A stretch of DNA of 46,259 nucleotides, taken from Ilumatobacteraceae bacterium (GTDB taxonomy: Bacteria; Actinomycetota; Acidimicrobiia; Acidimicrobiales; Ilumatobacteraceae). This document shows, piece after piece, positions 1 to 9,813 of the stretch (within the stretch, counting starts at the first letter, position 1; every line of letters begins with the position of its first letter). Where the stretch lies: contig DATKXG010000262.1 in assembly GCA_035529175.1 (NCBI GenBank), forward strand, positions 1-46,259. The letters are read 5' to 3'. The position numbers and the translations under genes are program-made. The notes beneath the pieces are model-generated. The model did not search any database and was not told the origin of the DNA. It worked only from the letters and a program-made list of their open reading frames with translations.

Positions 1-111
1 GATGGCGATGTTCCAGTCGTCGAGATACGACGGGATCGAGTTCCCGGACCCGCTCCCCACGATGATCAGATCGAACGATTCGAGGGACGGGTCGGTGTCG
101 GTGCTGCTCAC
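1..111 (-). CDS. First 37 codons of a FAD-dependent pyridine nucleotide-disulfide oxidoreductase (mycothione/glutathione-reductase-like); continues off the left edge
   Basis: The reverse strand from GTG at 111 reads VSSTDTDPSLESFDLIIVGSGSGNSIPSYLDDWNIAI. DLIIVGSGSGN is a GxGxxG dinucleotide-binding fingerprint at the extreme N-terminus, as in Mtr/Lpd-type flavoproteins. It is too short for the ORF track and is truncated by the window. Confidence 0.5.
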   Translation of the reverse strand, partial: MSSTDTDPSLESFDLIIVGSGSGNSIPSYLDDWNIAI

Positions 112-184
112 GAAGACATCACAACCGCAATCCGCCCCCAAAGCTTCCCCTGAACTGCAGCATGGTTCCCGCAGCCCCGGGCTC

Positions 185-700
185 ATGGAACCACGAGCGG
201 GCCGTAGGGTGAGGCGCGTGTTGGATCGACGGACAGGCGATGGGTTCATGCGGTGCAGCGACGGCCACGTGCGCTGGGGTGTCTACGGCGCGGCAGGCGT
301 GGTGTTCGTCGTTCGGGACGCGCACGACGAGCCGCTGGTGATGTTGCAGAAGCGCAGTGCGATGGCCCACGAGGGCGGCAACTGGTCGTGCGCCGGCGGC
401 GCACTGGACCTCGGCGAGACCGCGTACGAAGGCGCGTTGCGTGAGGCGTACGAGGAAGTCGGCGAACCGACGAGCCCGCCCCGACTGCTGGGCGAGTACG
501 TGTTCGAGCCGGCCACCGATTGGAAGTACACGACCATCGTGGTCGAGGTCGACGAGCCGTTCGGATCGTCGATGAACTTCGAGACCGACGAGGTCGAGTG
601 GTTCCCGCTCGACTACGTCGATCAACTGCCGTTGCACTTCGGCTTCGCCGCAGCGTGGCCGCATCTGCTCGAGATCGTCGAGCGGGGACCGCAGTCGTGA
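185..700 (+). CDS. NUDIX hydrolase
   Basis: Nudix box GGALDLGETAYEGALREAYEEVGE (GX5EX7REUXEEXGU) lies in the 2..700 ORF. The first ~60 codons of that ORF overlap the divergent minus-strand gene start, so ATG 185 is proposed (ATG 248 is an alternative). Stop TGA is at 698-700. Confidence 0.75.
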   Translation: MEPRAGRRVRRVLDRRTGDGFMRCSDGHVRWGVYGAAGVVFVVRDAHDEPLVMLQKRSAMAHEGGNWSCAGGALDLGETAYEGALREAYEEVGEPTSPPRLLGEYVFEPATDWKYTTIVVEVDEPFGSSMNFETDEVEWFPLDYVDQLPLHFGFAAAWPHLLEIVERGPQS

Positions 701-2817
701 GCACGCGCACCGTCGACGGAACATGCCATCACGACTGCCCTGACTCCTGTGGCTGGACCGTGACGGTCGACGAGACCGCGGGGCCGTCACCAGTGGCCGT
801 GAAGCTGCGAGGCAATCCCGACCATCCGTACTCGGCCGGCGAGCTGTGCCCGAAGGTCAACCGGTTCCTCGACCGCGTCTACTCCCCCGACCGGATCCTG
901 CATCCGCTGCGTCGCGTCGGCCCGAAGGGCGCCGGCATGTTCGAGCGGATCAGCTGGGACGACGCGCTCGCCGAGATCGGACAACGGCTGCGCGAGGTGA
1001 TCGACACACGCGGCGCCGAGGCGGTCCTCCCGTTCTCCGACGCCGGCAACCAGAGCCTGCTGTCGATGATGGGCATCAACGGTCGGTTCTTCGCGCACAT
1101 GGGGGCCTCGAAGCTCGAACGGGCGATCTGCGGCCCGACGGTCGGCCACGGCATGCGGATGACCAACGGAACCGGCCGCGGCATGGACGCACTCGAACTC
1201 GAGCACTCGCAGTTGATCATCCTCTGGGCGACGAACACCAAGTTGACCAACCGGCACCTGTGGCCGACGATCGAGACCGCCCGAGCACGCGGTGCGCGAC
1301 TCGTCGTCATCGACCCCATCCGGACGGTCACCGCCGAGGCGATCGACGAAGCGCGTGGCGATCGATTCATCCAGCCGCTGCCGGGGACGGACATTGCGAT
1401 GATGCTGTCGATGATGCACGTCATCATCCGTGACGGACTCACGAACGATGCGTGGATCGCCGACCACACCACCGGCTTCGAGGAACTGAGCGATGCCGTG
1501 TCTGACTGGACGCCACAGCGAGCCGCCATCGAGACCGGCGTCGACGCGGACGTCATCGAGCAGCTCGCCGTCGACTACGCGACCGTTCGCCCGGCAGGGA
1601 TCCGCAGCCTGATCGGGGCCGAGCACCACGAGAACGGCGCGATGTTCTACCGCACGCTCGCCTGCCTACCCGCCCTCATCGGTGCCTGGTCCGAGCGGGG
1701 CGGCGGCATCGCGAAGAGCGTCGGTTCGTACAGCGACGCGCTGGTCGACGGCGTCGCCCTCATGCGCCCGGAACTCGAACGTGCGGGCGGACGGCGCGAG
1801 CCGCGGACGCTGAACATGAGCCGCCTCGGCGAGATCCTGACGGCGCCGCACGCCGGCGAGGCGAGCGGTCCCGGCGTGCACGCGCTGATCAACTGGAACT
1901 GCAATCCGCTCGTGACCGTGCCACGGGCCGAATTGATCCGGGCCGGCATGGAACGAGACGACCTGTTCACCGTCGTCCACGAGCAGTTCCTCACCGACAC
2001 CGCCCGGTACGCCGACATCGTGCTGCCCGCTGCCACCCAGATCGAGAGCGACGACGTCGTGCTGCCGTGGGGCCACCTGTGGATCGGCTGGAACGGCGCC
2101 GCGATCGACCCGCCGGGCGAGGCCTGCTCGAACACCGAGCTGTTCCGTCGCCTCGGCCGGGCGATGGGATACACCGAGCCGTCGCTCTTCGACGACGACC
2201 ATACGCTCCTGCGCGCCGCGCTACCGACGATCGACCTCGAGGAGCTGCAGCGAGTCGGCTGGGTCCGGGCGCCCTATCCGAACGACGGCCGCCCGTTCGG
2301 GGACGGTCACTTCGAGACACCATCGGGGCGGGTCGACCTGGCGTCCGATCAGCTGGAGCGGATGGGTCAACCACGCGTCCCGGTGTACATCGCTCCGCGT
2401 GAGGGACCGGGCGGCGACGCCGATCTCCACCGGCGCTATCCGCTGCAGTTGCTCACGCCGAAGCATCACACCCGCTTCCTCAACTCGGGCTACGCCGATC
2501 TGCCCAAGCACGGCCCCGTCGAGGGAGGACCGTTCATCGAACTCGTCGCCGCCGATGCAGCGGCACGCGGGCTCGACGCGGGCTCGATCGCCCGGGTCTG
2601 GAACGACCGGGCGTCGGTCGTCGTCCCGGTGAAGATCACCGAGCGTCTCCGTCCAGGCGTCGTCGCCATCCCTTTCGGTTGGTGGAGCCGCCATCATCCG
2701 GACGGCCGCATCGCCAACAGTCTCACCAACGACACCCTGACCGAGTGGGGCGGCGGCGTCGCCTATTCCGACACCCTCGTCCAGGTCGAAGCGGAGAGTG
2801 GTACATCGGGGGTCTGA
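697..2817 (+). CDS. Molybdopterin (bis-MGD) oxidoreductase, MopB superfamily, soluble catalytic subunit
   Basis: The N-terminal Cys cluster CHHDCPDSCGW is an Fe-S binding motif. The length and C-terminal region (VWNDRASVVVPVKITERLRPGVVAIPFGWW) are typical of the molybdopterin dinucleotide-binding beta-barrel. GTG 697 overlaps the NUDIX stop (GTGA); the ORF-track start at 520 would overlap NUDIX by 180 nt. Confidence 0.85.
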   Translation: MSTRTVDGTCHHDCPDSCGWTVTVDETAGPSPVAVKLRGNPDHPYSAGELCPKVNRFLDRVYSPDRILHPLRRVGPKGAGMFERISWDDALAEIGQRLREVIDTRGAEAVLPFSDAGNQSLLSMMGINGRFFAHMGASKLERAICGPTVGHGMRMTNGTGRGMDALELEHSQLIILWATNTKLTNRHLWPTIETARARGARLVVIDPIRTVTAEAIDEARGDRFIQPLPGTDIAMMLSMMHVIIRDGLTNDAWIADHTTGFEELSDAVSDWTPQRAAIETGVDADVIEQLAVDYATVRPAGIRSLIGAEHHENGAMFYRTLACLPALIGAWSERGGGIAKSVGSYSDALVDGVALMRPELERAGGRREPRTLNMSRLGEILTAPHAGEASGPGVHALINWNCNPLVTVPRAELIRAGMERDDLFTVVHEQFLTDTARYADIVLPAATQIESDDVVLPWGHLWIGWNGAAIDPPGEACSNTELFRRLGRAMGYTEPSLFDDDHTLLRAALPTIDLEELQRVGWVRAPYPNDGRPFGDGHFETPSGRVDLASDQLERMGQPRVPVYIAPREGPGGDADLHRRYPLQLLTPKHHTRFLNSGYADLPKHGPVEGGPFIELVAADAAARGLDAGSIARVWNDRASVVVPVKITERLRPGVVAIPFGWWSRHHPDGRIANSLTNDTLTEWGGGVAYSDTLVQVEAESGTSGV

Positions 2818-2832
2818 CCCCAGATGTACCAC
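2798..2832 (+). terminator. Strong hairpin spanning the stop codon of the molybdopterin oxidoreductase (candidate intrinsic terminator without a U-tract)
   Basis: GTGGTACATC-GGGG-gtctga-CCCC-a-GATGTACCAC: 14 bp of stem with one bulge. The TGA stop (2815-2817) sits in the loop. No T-run follows, which is common in high-GC actinobacteria. Confidence 0.45.
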
Positions 2833-2864
2833 CGGGGTCTGCAGGCCATCGGTAACCTGCGGCC

Positions 2865-4109
2865 ATGGCCGCTGACCTGATCTACGCATTCAGGGTGATG
2901 CGGCTGCCGTTGCTCGACGCCGGCGGGGCACCGATCGGACGCATCGAGGACATCGTCGCGATCCCCGGGCGCGCCGGCAAGGGTCGGGAACCGGCGATCC
3001 CCCCACGGGTCGTCGGGTTCGTCGCCAACAGCCAGCGCCGACGGATCTTCGTGAACGCCAACCGCATCGCGGAACTCAACAGCGATGGCGCACGGCTGCG
3101 GAGCTGGGACGTCGATCTCAACCCGTTCAAGCGCCGCCCCGGCGAGGTGCTGATCGGCGGCGAGCTGATCGATCGGCGCATCGGCGACGAGACCGTCAGC
3201 GACATCGCCCTGCGACCCCAGGAAGACGCCCGTTCCACCTACTGGGTCATCGACAAGGTCCGCCTGGCGCGCAGGAACACCCTGCGGCGGCGTCCCAGCT
3301 ATCGTCTCGTCGACTTCGACGAGGTCCCCGCGTTGTTCGAGGCGCAGACGGCGATGCAGGCCGAAGCTGCCCGCTTGCGCGAGTTTCACCCGGCCGAGGT
3401 CGCCGCGGTGGTCAGAGCGCTGCCGATCGACCAGCGCCGGCAATTGGCCGAGGCCATGGACGACGAGCGCCTCGCGGACGTTCTCGAGGAGCTGCCCGAG
3501 GAAGAGCAGGTGCGCATCGTCGAACAGCTCGACCGCGACCGCCTCGTCGGCGTGTTCGACGAGATGGAGTACGACGACCTCGCCGACCTGTTGGGCGAGA
3601 TGAAGCCCGACGATCAGGAGCGCATGCTCGGCGTGATGGACGTCGACGACGCCGAGGTCGTCCGGCGCCTGTTGTCCTACGAGGAGGGCACCGCCGGTGG
3701 CTTGATGACCCCGGAGGTGATCATCCTCGGCCCCGACGCCACCGTGGCCGAAGCACTGGCGCAGGTCCGTGACCCTGACTGGGTGGTCAGCATCGCCACG
3801 CAGGTCTTCGTCACCCAGGCGCCGTACAAGGCACCGACCGGCAAGCTCGTCGGCGTCGTCCACATGCAGCGCCTCCTGCGCGAACCACCGAACATGGGGA
3901 TCGGGCGCCTCGTCGCCGACGACCCGACGGTGACCCCGGATGCCACCGACCGTGAGGTCGCCGAGATCCTTGCCAGCTACGACCTGCTCGCCGTTGCCGT
4001 CACCGACGAGGCCGGTCGATTCCTCGGCGCAGTCACCGTCGACGACGTGCTCGACCGGATGTTGGGTGTCGGGTGGCGCGCCCGACGCAAACGGGCAGTC
4101 GAGACATGA
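2865..4109 (+). CDS. MgtE N-terminal domain / tandem CBS domain protein with PRC-barrel-like N-terminus; no membrane domain
   Basis: The acidic helical MgtE_N-like stretch is DERLADVLEELPEEEQVRIVEQLDRDRLVGVFDEMEYDDLADLLGEM. It is followed by a CBS pair (LMTPEVIILGPDATVAEAL ... DLLAVAVTDEAGRFLGAVTVDDVLD). No hydrophobic MgtE channel segment is present. Confidence 0.8.
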   Translation: MAADLIYAFRVMRLPLLDAGGAPIGRIEDIVAIPGRAGKGREPAIPPRVVGFVANSQRRRIFVNANRIAELNSDGARLRSWDVDLNPFKRRPGEVLIGGELIDRRIGDETVSDIALRPQEDARSTYWVIDKVRLARRNTLRRRPSYRLVDFDEVPALFEAQTAMQAEAARLREFHPAEVAAVVRALPIDQRRQLAEAMDDERLADVLEELPEEEQVRIVEQLDRDRLVGVFDEMEYDDLADLLGEMKPDDQERMLGVMDVDDAEVVRRLLSYEEGTAGGLMTPEVIILGPDATVAEALAQVRDPDWVVSIATQVFVTQAPYKAPTGKLVGVVHMQRLLREPPNMGIGRLVADDPTVTPDATDREVAEILASYDLLAVAVTDEAGRFLGAVTVDDVLDRMLGVGWRARRKRAVET

Positions 4110-4642
4110 AGCGCCGCGAGGACCTGACGACACCGCGCACGGCAGGCCGCGTCGGGGTGTCGTACGACTCCGACACGTTCGGCCGGTTCAGTGAGTCGAT
4201 CGCGAACTTCCTCGGCACTGCACGGTTCCTGGTCTGGCAGACCGTGGTCATCACGGTGTGGATCCTGCTGAACACCGTCGTGCCCGCGCGGCTCCAGTTC
4301 GACCCGTGGGACCGCGGGCTGGTGCTGCTCACCCTGGTGCTGTCGATCCAGGCCTCGTACGCCGCGCCGCTGATCCTGCTCGCACAGAGTCGCCAGGAGC
4401 GTCGCGACCGTGTGACGTCACAGAACGACCGCGAAGTGGCCGAGCGCACCCAGGCCGACACCGAGTTTCTCGCCCGGGAGATCGCAAGTGTCCGCCTGAC
4501 GATGTCCGACATGGTGACGGGCGAGGCGTTCGACGACCGTCTCGATCGGCTCACCGAGGTGGTCGAGCGGCTCGCCACACGCGTCGAGCAGCTGACACGT
4601 GATGCCGACGACGGTCCCGACGACGTCAGGGATTCGCCCTGA
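4106..4642 (+). CDS. DUF1003 family membrane protein
   Basis: There are two TM helices (FLVWQTVVITVWILLNT; GLVLLTLVLSIQASYAAPLILL) followed by QSRQERRDR and a coiled-coil tail, the typical DUF1003 layout. ATG 4106 overlaps the upstream stop (ATGA). Confidence 0.8.
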   Translation: MKRREDLTTPRTAGRVGVSYDSDTFGRFSESIANFLGTARFLVWQTVVITVWILLNTVVPARLQFDPWDRGLVLLTLVLSIQASYAAPLILLAQSRQERRDRVTSQNDREVAERTQADTEFLAREIASVRLTMSDMVTGEAFDDRLDRLTEVVERLATRVEQLTRDADDGPDDVRDSP

Positions 4643-5585
4643 TGCGCTGGGTCGACGGCACGCCGGTGAACTCCTGCAGCCGCACCCCGAGCTGACTGAC
4701 CGTCCGCAGGATCCCGTTGGTGTCGAGCCCGGCGTCGCCGGCTCGACTCACCCCACTGGGAAGCCGGCCGTTGAGCGCCTCGACGGCGAATGCCGACGCC
4801 GTGGCGGCGGTGGCCGTCGCAACGAGTTCGGCGATCCCGACGATCGAGGTCACGCGTCCACCCGCCGCGTCGGTCCCCCGCGCCTCGACACGCACCGCTC
4901 CGACGCCGCCTTCGCGGTGTGGGGGGCTGAGCATCGGCAACCAGGCGGTGAACCGGTCGCGTCGATTGGCCGACACCCGCGCCGAGATCCGGTCGGCGTC
5001 GGAGAACGATTCGTGCAGCAGGAGCGGAGATGCCAGCTCGGCGCGGTAGCAGTCGTAGGGCCCGACAGGCTCGGGGAACCAGCACAGCTCGCGACCCGAA
5101 CCAGCCGTCGGCTGGATCCATTCACCGTCGTGGAACCCGAGTGCGCGTCCCCTGAGTGCTCGGTGGTGCCGGCGCGCGCACGCTGGACCTGCGGTGCCGT
5201 GGATCGAGACATGGATCTCGTCGCAGGTCGAAAAGTTCGCGGCCGACAGTCGTGCGAGCAGACCGGTCAGGCCCGGATCCATGCCGGCACCGACGACGAT
5301 CGGCACCCCGGCCGCTCGTGCGTCGTCGTCGAGGTCGAGCATCGATCGGACGTCCGCGAGGTCGTCGCTGACGGAGACGACGCCCACGCCGCGATCGACG
5401 AGCTTCCGGGCCAGGTCCCCATGAGCGCTTCCGTGGGCGAGCACTGCGACCGAGACGTCATCAGGGAGATCACGACCGCTTCGAGGGTCGTGATCGATCA
5501 GCGTCACGCCGCCGACCACCGTCGGCAGCCGACGGGTGATCCGTTGGCCGACGACACCGCGGCCGACGACCGCAACCACCGACAT
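4626..5585 (-). CDS. Saccharopine dehydrogenase-like NAD(P)-binding oxidoreductase
   Basis: From ATG 5585 the protein starts MSVVAVVGRGVVGQRI (Rossmann GxGxxG), then IVVGAGMDPGLTGLLA, typical of the Sacchrp_dh_NADP family. The upstream part of the 372-aa ORF is Arg/Pro-rich and unlikely to be coding. Confidence 0.65.
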   Translation of the reverse strand: MSVVAVVGRGVVGQRITRRLPTVVGGVTLIDHDPRSGRDLPDDVSVAVLAHGSAHGDLARKLVDRGVGVVSVSDDLADVRSMLDLDDDARAAGVPIVVGAGMDPGLTGLLARLSAANFSTCDEIHVSIHGTAGPACARRHHRALRGRALGFHDGEWIQPTAGSGRELCWFPEPVGPYDCYRAELASPLLLHESFSDADRISARVSANRRDRFTAWLPMLSPPHREGGVGAVRVEARGTDAAGGRVTSIVGIAELVATATAATASAFAVEALNGRLPSGVSRAGDAGLDTNGILRTVSQLGVRLQEFTGVPSTQRIRANP

Positions 5586-5790
5586 CACGTGTCCGGCAGC
5601 TCGAGCGGGCGCCAGCCTCCGTGCTGCGGTGGGGTACCGCCCGAGCCGCGCACCCTCAGGATCGCCGCGGCGAGACCCATCAGGGCGATGGCCGAGAACG
5701 CACGTCGGAGGAACTTCATCCGACCGGCAGGGTAGCCCGCTCACCGCGCCGCGGGCGTCGGCGGACGTGCGGTGAACATCGACCGGGTAG

Positions 5791-5864
5791 TGGGGCTAAC
5801 AAGAATCGAACTTGTGACCTCTGCCTTATCAGGGCAGCGCTCTAACCGACTGAGCTATAGCCCC
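5791..5864 (-). tRNA. tRNA-Ile (anticodon GAT)
   Basis: The reverse complement reads GGGGCTATAGCTCAGTCGGTTAGAGCGCTGCCCTGATAAGGCAGAGGTCACAAGTTCGATTCTTGTTAGCCCCA. It has a 7-bp acceptor stem GGGGCTA/TAGCCCC, anticodon loop CT-GAT-AA and T-loop GTTCGATTC. CCA is not encoded. Confidence 0.95.
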
Positions 5865-5888
5865 GGCAAGTCGGAGAGGCTATCGGTC

Positions 5889-5929
5889 GGCGAGGTTCTT
5901 CACGCCTCGCCCCACGATCGAAATCGTGG
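5889..5929 (-). terminator. Two adjacent hairpins immediately downstream of the DUF3566 gene
   Basis: CCACGAT-cgaa-ATCGTGG (5912-5929) and GGCGAGG-ttcttcacg-CCTCGCC (5889-5911) sit directly after the stop at 5931-5933 and before the tRNA. Confidence 0.4.
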
Positions 5930-5930
5930 T

Positions 5931-6914
5931 TCAGCGGGGCAGACCGCCGCTGTCGTCGATGAACGCCTCGCGCACGATGGGTCCCGATTGGTCGTAGGAC
6001 ACGTGCGGAACTTCGGGCTCGGCCCTGCGTACCACGAACCGGCGCATCGGTGACGGCCTCGCCTCGACGACCTCCTCTTCGAGCACGGTGAACCGCATTC
6101 CGCCGACCAGGTCGGTGATCAGGTTGAACAACGTGGCGAGCAGCACGGCGAGGCCAGTGAGTCCGATCACCACGAACAGTCCGCCGATCCAGGCGTTGTG
6201 GTAGATCTCGCCGCCGTTGAACTCGAACGACGACCAGCCGAACGACTCGAAGAACCGTTCGACGTTGTCGACGGTCCCCGTGGCGTAGGCGACGTTCCAC
6301 AGCAGTACGCCAGCGGTGAGCACGATCAGATACAGCACGATGTTCGCGACGATTGCGATCTTGAACACGCTCCACGGGTCGACGTGGCGAACCACCCGGG
6401 TGACCCGGCGAACACGCGGCTTGCGGCCGAGCACCCGCGGCACCGTCATCGGGATGGGGTTGGGCGCCGGGTCGTAGTCGGGTGAGCGGCGAGGTCGCCG
6501 GATCGCCGACGACGTGTCGTCCTGGGGTGCGAACGCCACGGTGGGGCCGTCGATCTCGGCCCGACGGAGCTCTTCGAGCACGTCGTCGCTCACCTCGGAG
6601 TCGTCGGCTTCGCGCCCGATCAGCGGATCGATGACCTGAGCGTCGGCTCCGACCACGTCGGGCTCGCCGTCCTGGTCGTCCTCGTCGTCGTCCTCGGTGG
6701 CCAAGATGATCTCGGGCAGTTCGTACGAGTCGTCGGCATCGTCGTCGGACTCGACGGGAGGCTCCGCCACCAGTGCGTCCCCGACCGAGTCGTCCTCGGC
6801 ACGATCGGCGGCGTCATCGTCGAGGTCCTGTTCGAGGTCATCGTCGAGGTGATCGTCGAGGTGATCGTCGAGCGCGTCGATCTCCCGATCGAGATCGCGC
6901 TCGGTCTTGCTCAT
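5931..6914 (-). CDS. DUF3566 domain transmembrane protein with highly acidic N-terminal region
   Basis: The C-terminal region DPWSVFKIAIVANIVLYLIVLTAGVLLWNVAYATGTVDNVERFFESFGWSSFEFNG...LFNLITDLVGGMRFTVLEEE matches the DUF3566 proteins found downstream of gyrA in actinobacteria. The start is set at ATG 6914 (MSKTERDLDREI). Confidence 0.85.
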   Translation of the reverse strand: MSKTERDLDREIDALDDHLDDHLDDDLEQDLDDDAADRAEDDSVGDALVAEPPVESDDDADDSYELPEIILATEDDDEDDQDGEPDVVGADAQVIDPLIGREADDSEVSDDVLEELRRAEIDGPTVAFAPQDDTSSAIRRPRRSPDYDPAPNPIPMTVPRVLGRKPRVRRVTRVVRHVDPWSVFKIAIVANIVLYLIVLTAGVLLWNVAYATGTVDNVERFFESFGWSSFEFNGGEIYHNAWIGGLFVVIGLTGLAVLLATLFNLITDLVGGMRFTVLEEEVVEARPSPMRRFVVRRAEPEVPHVSYDQSGPIVREAFIDDSGGLPR

Positions 6915-6960
6915 CTCGGGAAGTGTAGGCAGGATCGCCCGGACCGAGCCGTCACGTGCC

Positions 6961-7269
6961 TCACGGAGCGTCACTTGCCGCGGCGTCGGCGGTGGCCGTT
7001 CCGAGGCGAACGACGACGGTGACCCGCCCGGCATTCGGTCCACGAGCGAACGACACCAGCGTTGCACCGTGGCGTCGCGCCAGCGTCTCGGCGGCCTCGC
7101 GTCCACCGATCACCGCGCCCAGCGCCGCTGCATCGGCGGCGGTCTGTGCTCGCGTCCTGTCGATCGCCCGTCCACCGACGACGACGAGCGCCGCCGACAG
7201 CGAGACGAACAGCACCGTGGCGAGCACCAGCACGAGCACGGCGGCCTGGCCGCGATCACGTCCGCTCAT
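6961..7269 (-). CDS. TadE-like / Rv3654c-family small membrane-anchored protein (orphan)
   Basis: From ATG 7269: MSGRDRGQAAVLVLVLATVLFVSLSAALVVVGGRAIDRTRAQTAADAAALGAV... An N-terminal hydrophobic helix followed by R-x-R/A-Q-x-AADxAAL is the signature of the helicase/secretion-neighbourhood TadE-like family. GC3 is high in this frame. Confidence 0.6.
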   Translation of the reverse strand: MSGRDRGQAAVLVLVLATVLFVSLSAALVVVGGRAIDRTRAQTAADAAALGAVIGGREAAETLARRHGATLVSFARGPNAGRVTVVVRLGTATADAAASDAP

Positions 7270-7336
7270 CGTCACCTCCCGTCGGAATGGAGTCGCGGGC
7301 GACCGATGGTCGCGAGTTGCGCCAGGGCGCCTGGGG

Positions 7337-9787
<2,451 letters not shown>

Positions 9788-9813
9788 GGTTCGGTCTCAG
9801 CAGCAGTTCTGTG

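Noticed and set aside
5772-6053. 93-aa plus-strand ORF
   Set aside because: It runs straight through the tRNA-Ile gene and the 3' end of the DUF3566 gene, so it is not coding.
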